A stretch of 64,000 nt of DNA from contig BJHQ01000009.1 in NCBI GenBank assembly GCA_014193115.1, positions 56,643-120,642 of the forward strand. The letters are read 5' to 3'. Made by a program: the position numbers and the translations under genes. Source of the DNA: Planctomycetota bacterium (GTDB taxonomy: Bacteria > Planctomycetota > UBA11346). Every line of letters begins with the position of its first letter. Position 1 is the stretch's first letter. This document shows, piece by piece, positions 48,181 to 58,357 of this stretch. The notes beneath the pieces are model-generated. The model made no database searches and was not told the origin of the DNA. It was given only the letters and a program-made list of their open reading frames with translations.

Positions 48181-50909
48181 GGTTTGGCCGGCGTGCCCGA
48201 ACCGAGCACGCTGGCCCGGTCGACCTCCTGCACGCCGTCCGCGCCAGTGGCGACGGGCAGCAGGCGCCAGCTGCCGGGACCCGCATGCTTGGCCCACCAG
48301 TAGGCGAGGCACAGCCGACCATCCTGGACGCGCAGATCCTGGACCGCGAAGCCCCCGCCTTTGACGTGGCCGTAGGGCATGCCGAGGACCAGAGAGCCCT
48401 TGTTGTCGGCGCGTGGCGCCCCGCCGCTGGTGATCCGTCCGCGCACCGTGATGCGGCGACGGACGGTACCGTCCCGGTCCAGGCCCCAGACCATGACCCC
48501 GCCATCGAGGTCCACCGCCAACCCGGCCGCAGTCCACACCAGGCCCTCGTGAAGCACGGCGCCGATGCACGGCCAAACCGATTCGACCTGGCCGCTGTTG
48601 ACCAGCCGCAGGTCGCTGCGGGCGGCCAGGAAGCGCCAGCGCATGGCTCCGCTGACAGCATCGAGGGCGTAGAGCCAGCCGTCGCGGCCAGGGAGGTAGA
48701 CGGTCCCATCATCGATGAGGGGCTGGGCGGCGAGGCGGCCGTAGGCTTGGAAGCGCCAGGCCTCGACCCCGCCCCTTGTGGCGATGGCGACCTGGCGGTG
48801 GACGAGAGGGGTGACGGTCACGGCGCCAGCCGAAGCCGAGGGTCCGCAGCCGCTGGCTGAGATCGGGACAGGAACGCTGGCGTAGGTCGCTAAGGTACCG
48901 AGGGGGCTGTAGGCCCCCGCCACCCAGTCATAGGCCAGGCCATACTCAGAGAACAGGCGCGGCGGATTGTAGAAGCCGTTGTTCTCGCGGCTGGACTGCC
49001 AGCGACCGGCATCCGTGCCAGGATGCCGGTCCACCGGCTGGGGCGGAGCAAGGGTGCTGCGCCGGGTCGCGTCGTCCGCCGGGGCTGGCGTCTGGCCCTT
49101 GGTCAGGCATTGGTTGAGCTTGATCCCCCACGAGCACGAGCACTGGACGATGGACTTGAGGTAGAGCCTGTCCCGGGATGGGATGAAGCCCTGGGCGCAA
49201 TCCGCATGCTGGACGGTGTTCAAGGACCAGGTCAGGCGATCCGGCGGTCCGAGGATGCCGGTGATCAGCGTCGGTACCGTCGACAGCAGCAAGGTCGAAT
49301 CAGGGAAGGCGATCAGCCGCTGGCAGCCCTGGTTGACCCCATGCCTGAAAAAGCGGTGTTCGCCATCGCTCAGGCGGTAGGTCATGAGCCAGAAGGAGCC
49401 GTTCATCACAACGTGGCCGTCGATGACCACCGCATTGCTCCCGGAGGCATCCTGGCCCTGATCGGAGCGGAGTCCGCCGTTGAAGTCGCCGAAGGCCTGA
49501 CCGGTGCCCTTCTGCCAGCGCTTGGCCCCGGTCCGGCTGTCGAGCACGGTGACATGGCCCCATTCGGTGTTCCAGGCGTGGTGGCCGCTGGCGACGAGGA
49601 CGACGTGGCCGGGCTGGGCGATGATCTGGCCGAGTTCGCCCTCGGGAGCCGGGGCGCGCCAGCGCAGGGCGCCATCGGCCAGGCCGAGCGCGACCACGCC
49701 GGTGGCCTTGCGGCTGCCATAATACCGGACATTGACCAGGTGGTTCTCACCCTCGCCAACGATGACCTGACCGTCATGGCCGCCGGCCAGGGCATTGAGG
49801 CGAGGCTGGTCGGTGGTCCACGACCAGCGCAGCGCGCCGCTGCGCACATCGAGGGCATAGACAGTCCGGTCCCAGGCCTGGATGAGCAGGTCTCCGATCA
49901 CCATGGTCCGGCAGGCGATGTCGCGGCCGCCAGCCTTGTCCAGCATCCGCCAGCGCGCGCCCTCAGTGAAATCGATGATGCCGGCCCCGGTGCGGGCCTC
50001 GGCCGAGCGCATGGGCAGTCCGGACTTCGGCGTCCATTCCTTGGGGAACCAGTAGACCCGGCCATCGGCGACGATGGTCGCGTAGTTGGCGTGCTTCTCC
50101 TGGTTACCTTCCCAGAGGAGGATGCCGTTGTCGGCGTCGCGGACGGTGAAGCGCGGCGCAGCCATGCCGCTGCCCTGACCGGCGAGGAAGAAATTGTGCC
50201 CAGATTCCTCTTGTAGGACGACTCCAGAGGCGACCAGCGGGGCGTTGTGGTCGGGTGGGCTCCAGCCCGCCATCCATTGCATACCAGTGGGCAGTCCCGG
50301 ACGCTGGCCCTGGACCACCATGTTCATGTCCGGCCGGCGGTAGTCGTGGGTCCAGTCGCCAGCCGGGTCGCTCTGGGGCGCGCGCCGGACCGTCCAGGCG
50401 CTGCCACGCCGCGACCACCGCGATCCGCCCGGAGCCAGCACCCGGTCCAGCTCGGCCGCGTCGGATCCGCTGGTATCCACGACCAGGTTGGCCAGGGCGG
50501 AGCGCCACGGCAGACGGTTGAGGTCCGGGCGCAGCTCAGCCGTGGCCAGGCCGGCAAGGCCGGCGGCGTTGATCCGGCCGCGCAAGACCGCGACTGCCGC
50601 TGGATCGGTGCCGAGCGCATGGACCAACCAGCGTCCGCCGCGGGCGAGGTCGACCACGAAGCCGTCCAGGCCATCTCCGACCACGACCGCCAGGCCGCCC
50701 GCCAGGCCAGTGGTCGCAGTGACCGCGGCTGCGGCCGGCTCCGTTGCCGGTCGTGCAGGCTCCGCCGGTGGTTGTGGAGGCTGCACCGGTGGCGGCTGTC
50801 CTTCGCCAGCGCTGGCAGTCGCCAGGCAAAGAATGACGAAACCGGTGAGAATCGCAGAGAGGCGCATGAGGCGCTCCAAGGGGAGAGTCCGCTGGACCGC
50901 AGGATTCAT
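48177..50909 (-). CDS. Secreted PQQ-like/BamB-type beta-propeller with N-terminal methyltransferase-like domain
   Basis: Signal peptide, LPWRSALANLVV/RVLAPGG, WTH, ALDVRSGALRW, GWLYALDAVSG.MRWRF, VESVWP. Confidence 0.82.
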   Translation of the reverse strand: MNPAVQRTLPLERLMRLSAILTGFVILCLATASAGEGQPPPVQPPQPPAEPARPATEPAAAAVTATTGLAGGLAVVVGDGLDGFVVDLARGGRWLVHALGTDPAAVAVLRGRINAAGLAGLATAELRPDLNRLPWRSALANLVVDTSGSDAAELDRVLAPGGSRWSRRGSAWTVRRAPQSDPAGDWTHDYRRPDMNMVVQGQRPGLPTGMQWMAGWSPPDHNAPLVASGVVLQEESGHNFFLAGQGSGMAAPRFTVRDADNGILLWEGNQEKHANYATIVADGRVYWFPKEWTPKSGLPMRSAEARTGAGIIDFTEGARWRMLDKAGGRDIACRTMVIGDLLIQAWDRTVYALDVRSGALRWSWTTDQPRLNALAGGHDGQVIVGEGENHLVNVRYYGSRKATGVVALGLADGALRWRAPAPEGELGQIIAQPGHVVLVASGHHAWNTEWGHVTVLDSRTGAKRWQKGTGQAFGDFNGGLRSDQGQDASGSNAVVIDGHVVMNGSFWLMTYRLSDGEHRFFRHGVNQGCQRLIAFPDSTLLLSTVPTLITGILGPPDRLTWSLNTVQHADCAQGFIPSRDRLYLKSIVQCSCSWGIKLNQCLTKGQTPAPADDATRRSTLAPPQPVDRHPGTDAGRWQSSRENNGFYNPPRLFSEYGLAYDWVAGAYSPLGTLATYASVPVPISASGCGPSASAGAVTVTPLVHRQVAIATRGGVEAWRFQAYGRLAAQPLIDDGTVYLPGRDGWLYALDAVSGAMRWRFLAARSDLRLVNSGQVESVWPCIGAVLHEGLVWTAAGLAVDLDGGVMVWGLDRDGTVRRRITVRGRITSGGAPRADNKGSLVLGMPYGHVKGGGFAVQDLRVQDGRLCLAYWWAKHAGPGSWRLLPVATGADGVQEVDRASVLGSGTPAKP

Positions 50910-52765
50910 CGGGTGGCCGAGGCCGCAGCCGTTGCTGAACCTTGGGGCCCGAGCAAGCGCAGGCGCCAGGCCGGCTCGAGCCCGGCCGCGTCAACCACGG
51001 CCTGGGCCGCTGCCGGCAGGGGCGTCCCGGGAGGCACGGAGATATTATCCTCGAGCCGCGATTTGCCGCTGCCCAAGGCCAAGGGCCTGCGATGCCAGTT
51101 GCGGCGCAAGATGTTCACCCCCTCGGTGTTGATCGCGATGCTGTTGATCGCGTCGAGGAGGACGTTCTCCTCGACAATGATCCCCTCGCTGGCGGCATCG
51201 AGATAGACCTGGTTCCAACCGGACGTGATCCCGTAGTTGCGGCGGATGGCCGAACCAGGCTGTGCGCCCAGCGTATAGATGGTGCCGCCATCGATGAGGT
51301 GCTGATGCGAACCTGGAGCCCATTGGGTCAGGCGCAGCGACACGCAGGGCGTGGTCACGGCGCAGGCGGCCTCAATGCGATTGGCCTCGATGAGCGTGTT
51401 GCGGCACGAGGACGGCGGCTTGTCATCGCCACCCCAGCCCCAACCCCACGAGATCCCGCTGTAGGGCGTGGGTCGGATGTGGTTGTGCCGGACCCGGCCG
51501 CCATCGACATAGAATCCGAGGATGGCGACGCTGCCGTGATATTCGGTGGCGATGTCCGAGAACAGGTTGTTGTTGATATCAATGGCGACGACGCGGTCGG
51601 CATCCGTCGGGTGATGGCTATGGAGGTTGCCGACCACCATCCCGCTGGCGGAGATGTCCTCGAAGCGGTTGCCGACCACGGCCACCTGCTTGCAGCCGAT
51701 GCCGAGCTCGACGCCGCCAGCGCCCAAGGCGCGGAAAGTGTTCCCCTCTAGAAGCACATGCTCGCAATGGGTGAATCTGAGAGAGGAGTCCAGGATCCCC
51801 CAGTCCGGCCGCGCCTGGCCGAAGTCCTTCGTGCCGAGCTCACCGTTCAGGCAGGTGCCCGCCTGGACCTCGCAGAACGCGACGCCGGCGTCGGGCAACG
51901 GGCAGGTCGAATGGCTGAAGGTCAAGCCACGCATCTCCAGGTGGCGGACGCCGGAGGCCTGCACCAGCCGGCCCAAGGCGGGAACGATGATCTCGCGGGT
52001 GTTGGGGTCCTCGTCCGCTGCTGCCACCAGGCGCAGTCGGCGCTCGAACGGGTCGAAGCACCAGGAATGGACCGGACCCAGGAGCTCCGGGGCGTTCTCC
52101 ATCCACGCGACCTGCCGCGGCTCGTACCCTTTGTGCCGCTCGATGTTGGCCCAGAAGGCCGGCGGCATCACGGCGGTGGTCCCGTCCATGCCGGCAACGA
52201 TGGCGCGCATCTCCTTCCACTCGATGCGGATGACGAGTTCGACCGCGGTCGGCCGGGACCAGGTCGCGAGTGGGGTCCCGCCCCACCCGGTCGGCTTCTT
52301 CGTCCAGTTCAGCAAGTCGTAAGTCCGTGCGCGCTGGGCGCGGACCCCATCGATCCACAGCTGGCGCACAGCGGACTGGGGCACGGTGGCGCTCCAGATC
52401 CGCTTGGCCGGGTCGGTCAGCGTCCAGCCGCCGACCCGGTGGCCGCCGCTGATCACGGGCCGGGCCCCCTCTGCGGCCCGCCACACCACCGGCGCACTTG
52501 GCCGACCTGAATCGGCCGCGCCTAGCTCCAGGGTCGAGCCCAGGACATGCGTGCCTTGGTGCAGGATCAGCTGGACTGGTCCACCGGCACCGCCAGCGTG
52601 CGCCAGGAGGCGGCGCAGCGCATCGCGCCCTTCGCCGATGGTGGCGAAGGGTCGGGTCAGGCTGCCATCACCGCCGCCGCTGCCGGGTCTGACGTGGATG
52701 TCAGCGCTGTCCAGGCTGGCGAGGCAGGTGCCGGCGAGGACGAGGAGGAAACGAGGCATGAACAT
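50906..52765 (-). CDS. Secreted right-handed beta-helix glycoside hydrolase (GH141-like)
   Basis: GDGS...PFAT, DSG....[36 protein letters not shown]; CAGGAG SD. Confidence 0.8.
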   Translation of the reverse strand: MFMPRFLLVLAGTCLASLDSADIHVRPGSGGGDGSLTRPFATIGEGRDALRRLLAHAGGAGGPVQLILHQGTHVLGSTLELGAADSGRPSAPVVWRAAEGARPVISGGHRVGGWTLTDPAKRIWSATVPQSAVRQLWIDGVRAQRARTYDLLNWTKKPTGWGGTPLATWSRPTAVELVIRIEWKEMRAIVAGMDGTTAVMPPAFWANIERHKGYEPRQVAWMENAPELLGPVHSWCFDPFERRLRLVAAADEDPNTREIIVPALGRLVQASGVRHLEMRGLTFSHSTCPLPDAGVAFCEVQAGTCLNGELGTKDFGQARPDWGILDSSLRFTHCEHVLLEGNTFRALGAGGVELGIGCKQVAVVGNRFEDISASGMVVGNLHSHHPTDADRVVAIDINNNLFSDIATEYHGSVAILGFYVDGGRVRHNHIRPTPYSGISWGWGWGGDDKPPSSCRNTLIEANRIEAACAVTTPCVSLRLTQWAPGSHQHLIDGGTIYTLGAQPGSAIRRNYGITSGWNQVYLDAASEGIIVEENVLLDAINSIAINTEGVNILRRNWHRRPLALGSGKSRLEDNISVPPGTPLPAAAQAVVDAAGLEPAWRLRLLGPQGSATAAASATR

Positions 52766-52792
52766 GAGAGAGACTCCTGGTGAAAGCGGTGG

Positions 52793-54811
52793 TCATGGAC
52801 GGCGCAGGTCGTAGCACCACAGGTGCCGGCAACCGCGGAAGAACACTCGGCCGTCGGCATGCAGCCAGGCCTGGGGGATATCATAGGCCGAGACCTGCTT
52901 ATGGGGCTGGGACCAGGTCCCGACTTTTTCCAAGGTCCTGACCTTGAAGACGTCGAGCACGGTGGTGGCGTGGCAGCCGTCCCACTGGTGGAAGACGAAT
53001 CCGTCGGCCACGGTGGTGGCGCCGATGAAGGTGCCGGAGCCGCCTACCTGGGCCAGGACCTTGCCGCTGGCCAGGTCCACGGCCTGGAGAATCTGCGCCG
53101 TCTGGCCGCTGCCGGGCGTGTCCCAACGCAGGTAAAGTACGCCGTCAGCCGCGGCATTGGCCTGCATGTCCCTGGCGCAGCCGACCTTGGGGTCGGGGGA
53201 GGCGAGCTCCCAGGCCTTGGCCGCGCCGCCGCGGCCGAGCAGCCAGCAGCGGATCACGCCGGTCGTGGTCACGGTCAGCAGGCGGTCACCGTAGAGCCGG
53301 GTGAAGCCGCAGTTGCGGACGAAGCCGTCCACCACCTGGGTCCAGACGATGGTGCCGGTGTCGGCTTCGCGCAGGGTCACGGTGTCCTTCTCCTCTTTGG
53401 CTAGCACCCCGCCGGTGTAGCTCAGGACATGGTCCTTGCCCTCCAGGCGCAGGCCGGCGATGCCGGCGCCGGGCTTGATCGGGCTCGCCCAGCCCTGATC
53501 AAAGCTCCAGCGCACCGCGCCGGTGTTGCGGTCGAAGGCGATGCCGACGTGGTGCATCAGCACCACCGGCCCGATGGCGTAGAGGCTCGGGAAGTTGGGC
53601 GCCCCGGGCGGCCAGCCGTGCATGGTGGCGGTGGCGAGCTCCTTCGCCTTCTCGACCTCCCAGGCCGGCGCGGTCGGGACCTCCCAGTCGAGCGCGCCGC
53701 TGGCCCCGTCGAGGCAGTAGAGCCGGCCGAGCCGGCCCATGATGAACAGCTTGCCGTCGGCGTAGCAGGCGGTGCGGCCCTGGTCCTCATGCTTGTTGTA
53801 GCCGACCACCGAACGGCCGCGGTTGGACAGAACGTGCTTCCACAAGGTGCGGCCGCTGGCGGCGTCGACACAGACCACGACATCATGGCCATCGATGCGG
53901 CCCTTGGCGGCCTCGATACCCTGTTCCAGGTAGCTGCGCGCCGCCGGGTCCCAGTCCAGGTGGTAGTGGAGCCGGTAGTCATCCAGCTCGTTTTTCAGCC
54001 GCTGGGCCTCCTTGGCGTCGACCACCTCGCCGGCGGGCTGGTTGATCAGGTAGTAGAGCCTTCCGTCGCCCAGGATCGGCGACCAGGCGCCGGAGGTGCC
54101 CAGGACCGGATCGGTCCGGCTCTCGCGATCGGCGGGTATGGCCTCCTCGCTCATCCACACCAGGCGGGCCTCCCGGGTCGGGTCGGCGACCACCGGCCGA
54201 CCGGCGTCGGAGCCGCGCCAGCACCCATCGTTGCCGCTCAGCTGGCGCCAATCCTTGCCCGGGGCGAGAACCTGCTCCGCGGTGAGGGCGGCGGCATCCT
54301 TCCATGTCCCGGCCAGGTCCTGGCCGCCGAAGGTGCCGGTGAGCATGCCCGAAGCGACCGTCGCCACCAGATCGGCGGTCAGAACCGGTCCGCGGACGTC
54401 GGGGCCCTGGGCGGCCTTGAGCCGGTCCTCGGGCTTGCCCCGGGCGTTCCAGCGGCTGAAGACATGATGCCGCACCGGCCCGGCGATGCGGCCTCCCTCC
54501 AGGCGCACATCGTGCAGATCCCAGGTCGCGTAGCCCGGGCCGAAGATGCCATTGTCGTGGGGGCTGATGAAGCCCTTGTCGGCAGCGATCACGAACCAGT
54601 TGACCGGGCGCGGACCGCGGAACTGGACCAGGACCTCGACCGGACCGTGGGGCGGGCATGTGGTGGTGAAGCGGGCGACCGAGAACGGCTCGCTCGGGGT
54701 GACGAGCCGAGTCGCCGGCAAGGCCGTTGCCGTTGCCGGCGGCGGTGCATCGCCAGCGGCAAGGCCAGCACCGGCCGCGAGGCAGACAGATGCCAGGAAC
54801 AGGTTCTTCAT
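52793..54811 (-). CDS. Secreted PQQ-like beta-propeller protein
   Basis: Signal peptide MKNLFLASV; VWMSEE, DVVVCVDAASGRTLWK, LYCLDGASG, LWCYDLR; AAAGGA SD. Confidence 0.85.
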   Translation of the reverse strand: MKNLFLASVCLAAGAGLAAGDAPPPATATALPATRLVTPSEPFSVARFTTTCPPHGPVEVLVQFRGPRPVNWFVIAADKGFISPHDNGIFGPGYATWDLHDVRLEGGRIAGPVRHHVFSRWNARGKPEDRLKAAQGPDVRGPVLTADLVATVASGMLTGTFGGQDLAGTWKDAAALTAEQVLAPGKDWRQLSGNDGCWRGSDAGRPVVADPTREARLVWMSEEAIPADRESRTDPVLGTSGAWSPILGDGRLYYLINQPAGEVVDAKEAQRLKNELDDYRLHYHLDWDPAARSYLEQGIEAAKGRIDGHDVVVCVDAASGRTLWKHVLSNRGRSVVGYNKHEDQGRTACYADGKLFIMGRLGRLYCLDGASGALDWEVPTAPAWEVEKAKELATATMHGWPPGAPNFPSLYAIGPVVLMHHVGIAFDRNTGAVRWSFDQGWASPIKPGAGIAGLRLEGKDHVLSYTGGVLAKEEKDTVTLREADTGTIVWTQVVDGFVRNCGFTRLYGDRLLTVTTTGVIRCWLLGRGGAAKAWELASPDPKVGCARDMQANAAADGVLYLRWDTPGSGQTAQILQAVDLASGKVLAQVGGSGTFIGATTVADGFVFHQWDGCHATTVLDVFKVRTLEKVGTWSQPHKQVSAYDIPQAWLHADGRVFFRGCRHLWCYDLRRP

Positions 54812-54846
54812 GTGATTCCTTTCGGAATGGAACGGGGCAGATCGAA

Positions 54847-56325
54847 TCACCGGACAGCAGCCGGGTCGTTGCGGGTGCACTCGACGACATAGGGGCCGAC
54901 CTGAACCGCCTTGGCATCGCTGGTCACGTCACGGCCGGCGACGGCTATGCCGCCAAGCGCAACTCCACGCACCGGGCTGGCTTCGTCGCCTCCCCTGATG
55001 CACAGCACCTGGCCGCATGCAGGCAGGCGCAGATCGCGGATGGTGACGCCGGTGATGCTGCCGAAGCGGCTGGGCACCGAGCCTTTGGGATAGGAGACCT
55101 CGTTCCAATGGGTGGCGAGAAGAGGTTCTATCTCGATGACGCCACTGCGAACCATCCCGTCGATGGAGATCCGCTCCACGGTGAGGCCTGACAGCGGCGT
55201 CCCTGAGACCGGCTGCGCGAGCAGGAAAGGCAGGGTCCCCATCATCGCCACTTGGCAGTCGCGGATGCGGATGTCGGCAAAGCGTCGGGTATCGCTTTCA
55301 TGGCCGATCAGGATAACCCGCGCCCGGTCGCTCCAGAAGACCATGCGTTCGATGGTGATGTCCTCGGTCGCCGGACGGTCCTCGGGCCGGTATTGGGCTG
55401 GTTTGCGATGTTCCGGCAGCAGCCAGGCGATGCCCTTCATGGCGATGCAGTCGTCGTCGCTGCGAATCATGCTGTCGCGGATCACGATCCGTCTGCTGTT
55501 GCAGGGGTTGATCCCGTCATCGTTCATGAAGCGGCCGTTCAGGATCGCGATGCGCTCGATGGTCAGGTCGGTGCAGTCGGAGGGCAGCAGCGTCCAGGCC
55601 TGCGAGCCGCGCAGGGTCACCCCCTCGATGATGATCCCGCTGCAACGCAGCAGCTTGATCGGAATGGGACCGGTCCCCTTCGCGTACGAATCACCTGCGA
55701 GGACACCGCGACCGCAGATGCGGATCTCTTTCGCGTCCTCGGCGACCACCCCGCCATGGACCACCGCTCCAGGGGCCAGGTAGAGGGTCTGGCCACTGGT
55801 GAGGGTGATCTGTCCAGGGCGATGGATGCCGGGTCCGAAATACACCACGGCCGGTCCGGCGCGGGTGAGTGGGGCGACCTCGGGCGGGCGGATGGAAATG
55901 AAGAGCGGCGCCTTCTTGCCCTCGGAAAGGACGACGAAGTGGCAGGGACCGGGGGCGGTAACCTCCCAGGAGCCGTCGGCCTGCGGCCTCGCGGTCAGGC
56001 TCCCGAGGGGTCGCAGTTGGGCCTGGGCCAGGCCGCGCAGGTGGCGGATGCGCACGGTGATCGGACCGTCGGCATCGATGGCGGCATGGCCGTAGGGGCC
56101 GCCGTGGTGGCCGGCCGCCTGGGCCACGCCGACCGCGACTGCAGCCGAGCCGCCAACTGAGCCGACGCTGACTGCCACCTGCCAGTCCGGGTGCCTGGGC
56201 TCCTCATCGGGCAGCGGAACGGGTAGGCAAACCGCTCCAGAGAGGCGGCCTGCGGCGACGAGGATCAGGCACACCAAAGACAAGCGCGACAGCAACGCTC
56301 TCCCGGTCTGCCGGCGGCCGCTCAC
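54847..56325 (-). CDS. Pectin-lyase-fold glycoside hydrolase (GH28-like)
   Basis: YFGPGIH, LYLAPGAVVHG, NDDGINP, SDDDCIAMK. Confidence 0.8.
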   Translation of the reverse strand: MSGRRQTGRALLSRLSLVCLILVAAGRLSGAVCLPVPLPDEEPRHPDWQVAVSVGSVGGSAAVAVGVAQAAGHHGGPYGHAAIDADGPITVRIRHLRGLAQAQLRPLGSLTARPQADGSWEVTAPGPCHFVVLSEGKKAPLFISIRPPEVAPLTRAGPAVVYFGPGIHRPGQITLTSGQTLYLAPGAVVHGGVVAEDAKEIRICGRGVLAGDSYAKGTGPIPIKLLRCSGIIIEGVTLRGSQAWTLLPSDCTDLTIERIAILNGRFMNDDGINPCNSRRIVIRDSMIRSDDDCIAMKGIAWLLPEHRKPAQYRPEDRPATEDITIERMVFWSDRARVILIGHESDTRRFADIRIRDCQVAMMGTLPFLLAQPVSGTPLSGLTVERISIDGMVRSGVIEIEPLLATHWNEVSYPKGSVPSRFGSITGVTIRDLRLPACGQVLCIRGGDEASPVRGVALGGIAVAGRDVTSDAKAVQVGPYVVECTRNDPAAVR

Positions 56326-58301
56326 GGCCGCTTCTTTCGCAGATCATAGCAGTACACCCCATCGGCACCGCGAAAGAAAATCCGTCCTTCGACCATCGGG
56401 AAGGTCATGAACTTATTGTGATAGGACGTCGTCATGGGATGGGGCTGCCACCAAGTGTGGACATCCTTGGTCAGGGTTTCAGGGCTCGCGCCCAGGATGG
56501 TCATCTCGCTGTGGCCGTGAGAACCGTCCAGGCTGAGAAGGATGCGATCCTCGAAGAAAGCGGCATAGCCTTCGTTGTATGGCCCGCCGCCGGCATAGGT
56601 CGCCAAATCCTTACCGGTGGCGGCATCGAAGAGGTGCGTCTCAAGCGGACCGCCGACGACGACATAAGCGCCGTTGCATCCAGGCGGCGCATCGGCGGCG
56701 GCGAATGTCGCCGGCGATTGCCACAACTGCTGGGCTTTGCCGGGATCCAGGGCGTAAGCGGTGACCGTGGCATTGGCCGAGACGACCTGCTTGGCCAGAT
56801 GCTGCCAGCCGGCCGGGAGGATCCCTAGCGCGGTAACGAACATCCGATCGCCATGGATGCTGACCCCCTTGTTCGGATTCGGCGGAAGTTCGATCTCCCA
56901 CAAGATCCGGCCGCTTTTCGGTTCAATGCAGAATGCCTTGCGCGTGGCGGTCTGGTCCTTCTCGATCTTTTCATCGCCCATCGAAATCACGTATTCCTGC
57001 CCCTGGTACGACCATTTTCCAGGGACCTGGAACCGATGGCTCTTGCCATCGGCCCGCCACAGGATCTTGCCGCTGGCCGGGTCGAGGCCGATGAGCCCCG
57101 CGCCGTGGTCCGGTACGATCAACGTCCCGCTGGCATAGATCGGTGCCGTGCATTGGTTCCGCGCCCCGGACCAGGGTTGGACCCCCTCAACCGACATGCC
57201 GTCCACCTCCCACAGCACCGTGCCGCTGGCTAGGTCGAGGGCATGCAAACGGCCGCTGGTCCCGCGCGCGAACACGCGACCTCCGCCTAGACATGGCGTA
57301 TTATTGACACAGCCGCCTTTGTGGCTGGGCTGGTTGATCGAGGCCAGCGGGAAGACGGTCTTCCACAGGGTCTTTCCGGTTGCTGCATCCATGCAAACGA
57401 CAACGTCATCCGCCTTTATTGACCATTTCTCGCGCATGAATGGCGAGATGGCGATGTTGTTCTTCTTTGTCAGGTAGGCCAGCGCGTCATCCGCGATCCC
57501 CGGCGTGTAGTCGGGTGCGCCTTTGAGATAGACCTTGCCCTTGGTGATCTCCTCGCCAGCGGGCTGGTAATAACTGATAACAACCTTGCCCTCGGCGACG
57601 ACCAAGCTGGCGCCACCGCCGTTGCTGCGGGTGCCCAGGGCCAAGGCCTCATAATTGAGGACTCCGCCCGGACCGGCGGGAGTCGGTTCCTCGCTGCGCC
57701 AGACCTGGACGGCATCCTTGTTGAAGTCGCTGACCAGGGCCAGACCGCAGGAATCGGCGGCGAAGCTGGTGGTTGGGCCGTGCCACTGCGGCCATGAGGC
57801 CTTGGTGGTGAAGGCATTTCGCTGGCGTAGCTCAGATTCGGAATGGATCCTGCCCGTGATCGCTCCCTCCTCCTTGCCGCCGTCAACCTTCCAAGTCCCG
57901 GCGACCTGACCTGCGGCGACCGTGGCCGATATGACATATCTCTTCTCGGCCATGGAGTTGTGCGCCTGGTAGGGGTAGATGCCCTGGATCGATCCGTCCG
58001 TCACTGTCAATTCGCCTATGGTATCGCGCACGCTCAGCCGGCTCGGCACCCGGATCCTGCCGTCGCGGGTTGCGGCCAGGATGGCCACATCCTGGCCGCG
58101 GACGGACAGTGCATGGATCGAATATTGCCCGGGTGGAGGCAGGGTCGGAGCCGCCTGGACCAGGAGCAGCTCAATGTACTGATACTTCCCCTCGGTTGGA
58201 ATGAGCGTCCGCGGCTGCGTTGCCGAGGTCGGATCGGCCGCCAGGCCGAGGCCGAGGAGCTGGATCACCGCCAGCAGGAGGATCTGAGAGGCAGGGCGCA
58301 T
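56322..58301 (-). CDS. Secreted PQQ-like beta-propeller protein
   Basis: Signal peptide MRPASQILLL (alternative GTG start at 58361); WPQWHGP, VWRSEE, DVVVCMDAATGKTLWK, VYCYDLR. Confidence 0.85.
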   Translation of the reverse strand: MRPASQILLLAVIQLLGLGLAADPTSATQPRTLIPTEGKYQYIELLLVQAAPTLPPPGQYSIHALSVRGQDVAILAATRDGRIRVPSRLSVRDTIGELTVTDGSIQGIYPYQAHNSMAEKRYVISATVAAGQVAGTWKVDGGKEEGAITGRIHSESELRQRNAFTTKASWPQWHGPTTSFAADSCGLALVSDFNKDAVQVWRSEEPTPAGPGGVLNYEALALGTRSNGGGASLVVAEGKVVISYYQPAGEEITKGKVYLKGAPDYTPGIADDALAYLTKKNNIAISPFMREKWSIKADDVVVCMDAATGKTLWKTVFPLASINQPSHKGGCVNNTPCLGGGRVFARGTSGRLHALDLASGTVLWEVDGMSVEGVQPWSGARNQCTAPIYASGTLIVPDHGAGLIGLDPASGKILWRADGKSHRFQVPGKWSYQGQEYVISMGDEKIEKDQTATRKAFCIEPKSGRILWEIELPPNPNKGVSIHGDRMFVTALGILPAGWQHLAKQVVSANATVTAYALDPGKAQQLWQSPATFAAADAPPGCNGAYVVVGGPLETHLFDAATGKDLATYAGGGPYNEGYAAFFEDRILLSLDGSHGHSEMTILGASPETLTKDVHTWWQPHPMTTSYHNKFMTFPMVEGRIFFRGADGVYCYDLRKKRP

Positions 58302-58357
58302 ATGCGGTATCCTTGGCGAGAAAGGTCGATCGGCGTTGACGGAGGGCTCGGTTCGAG

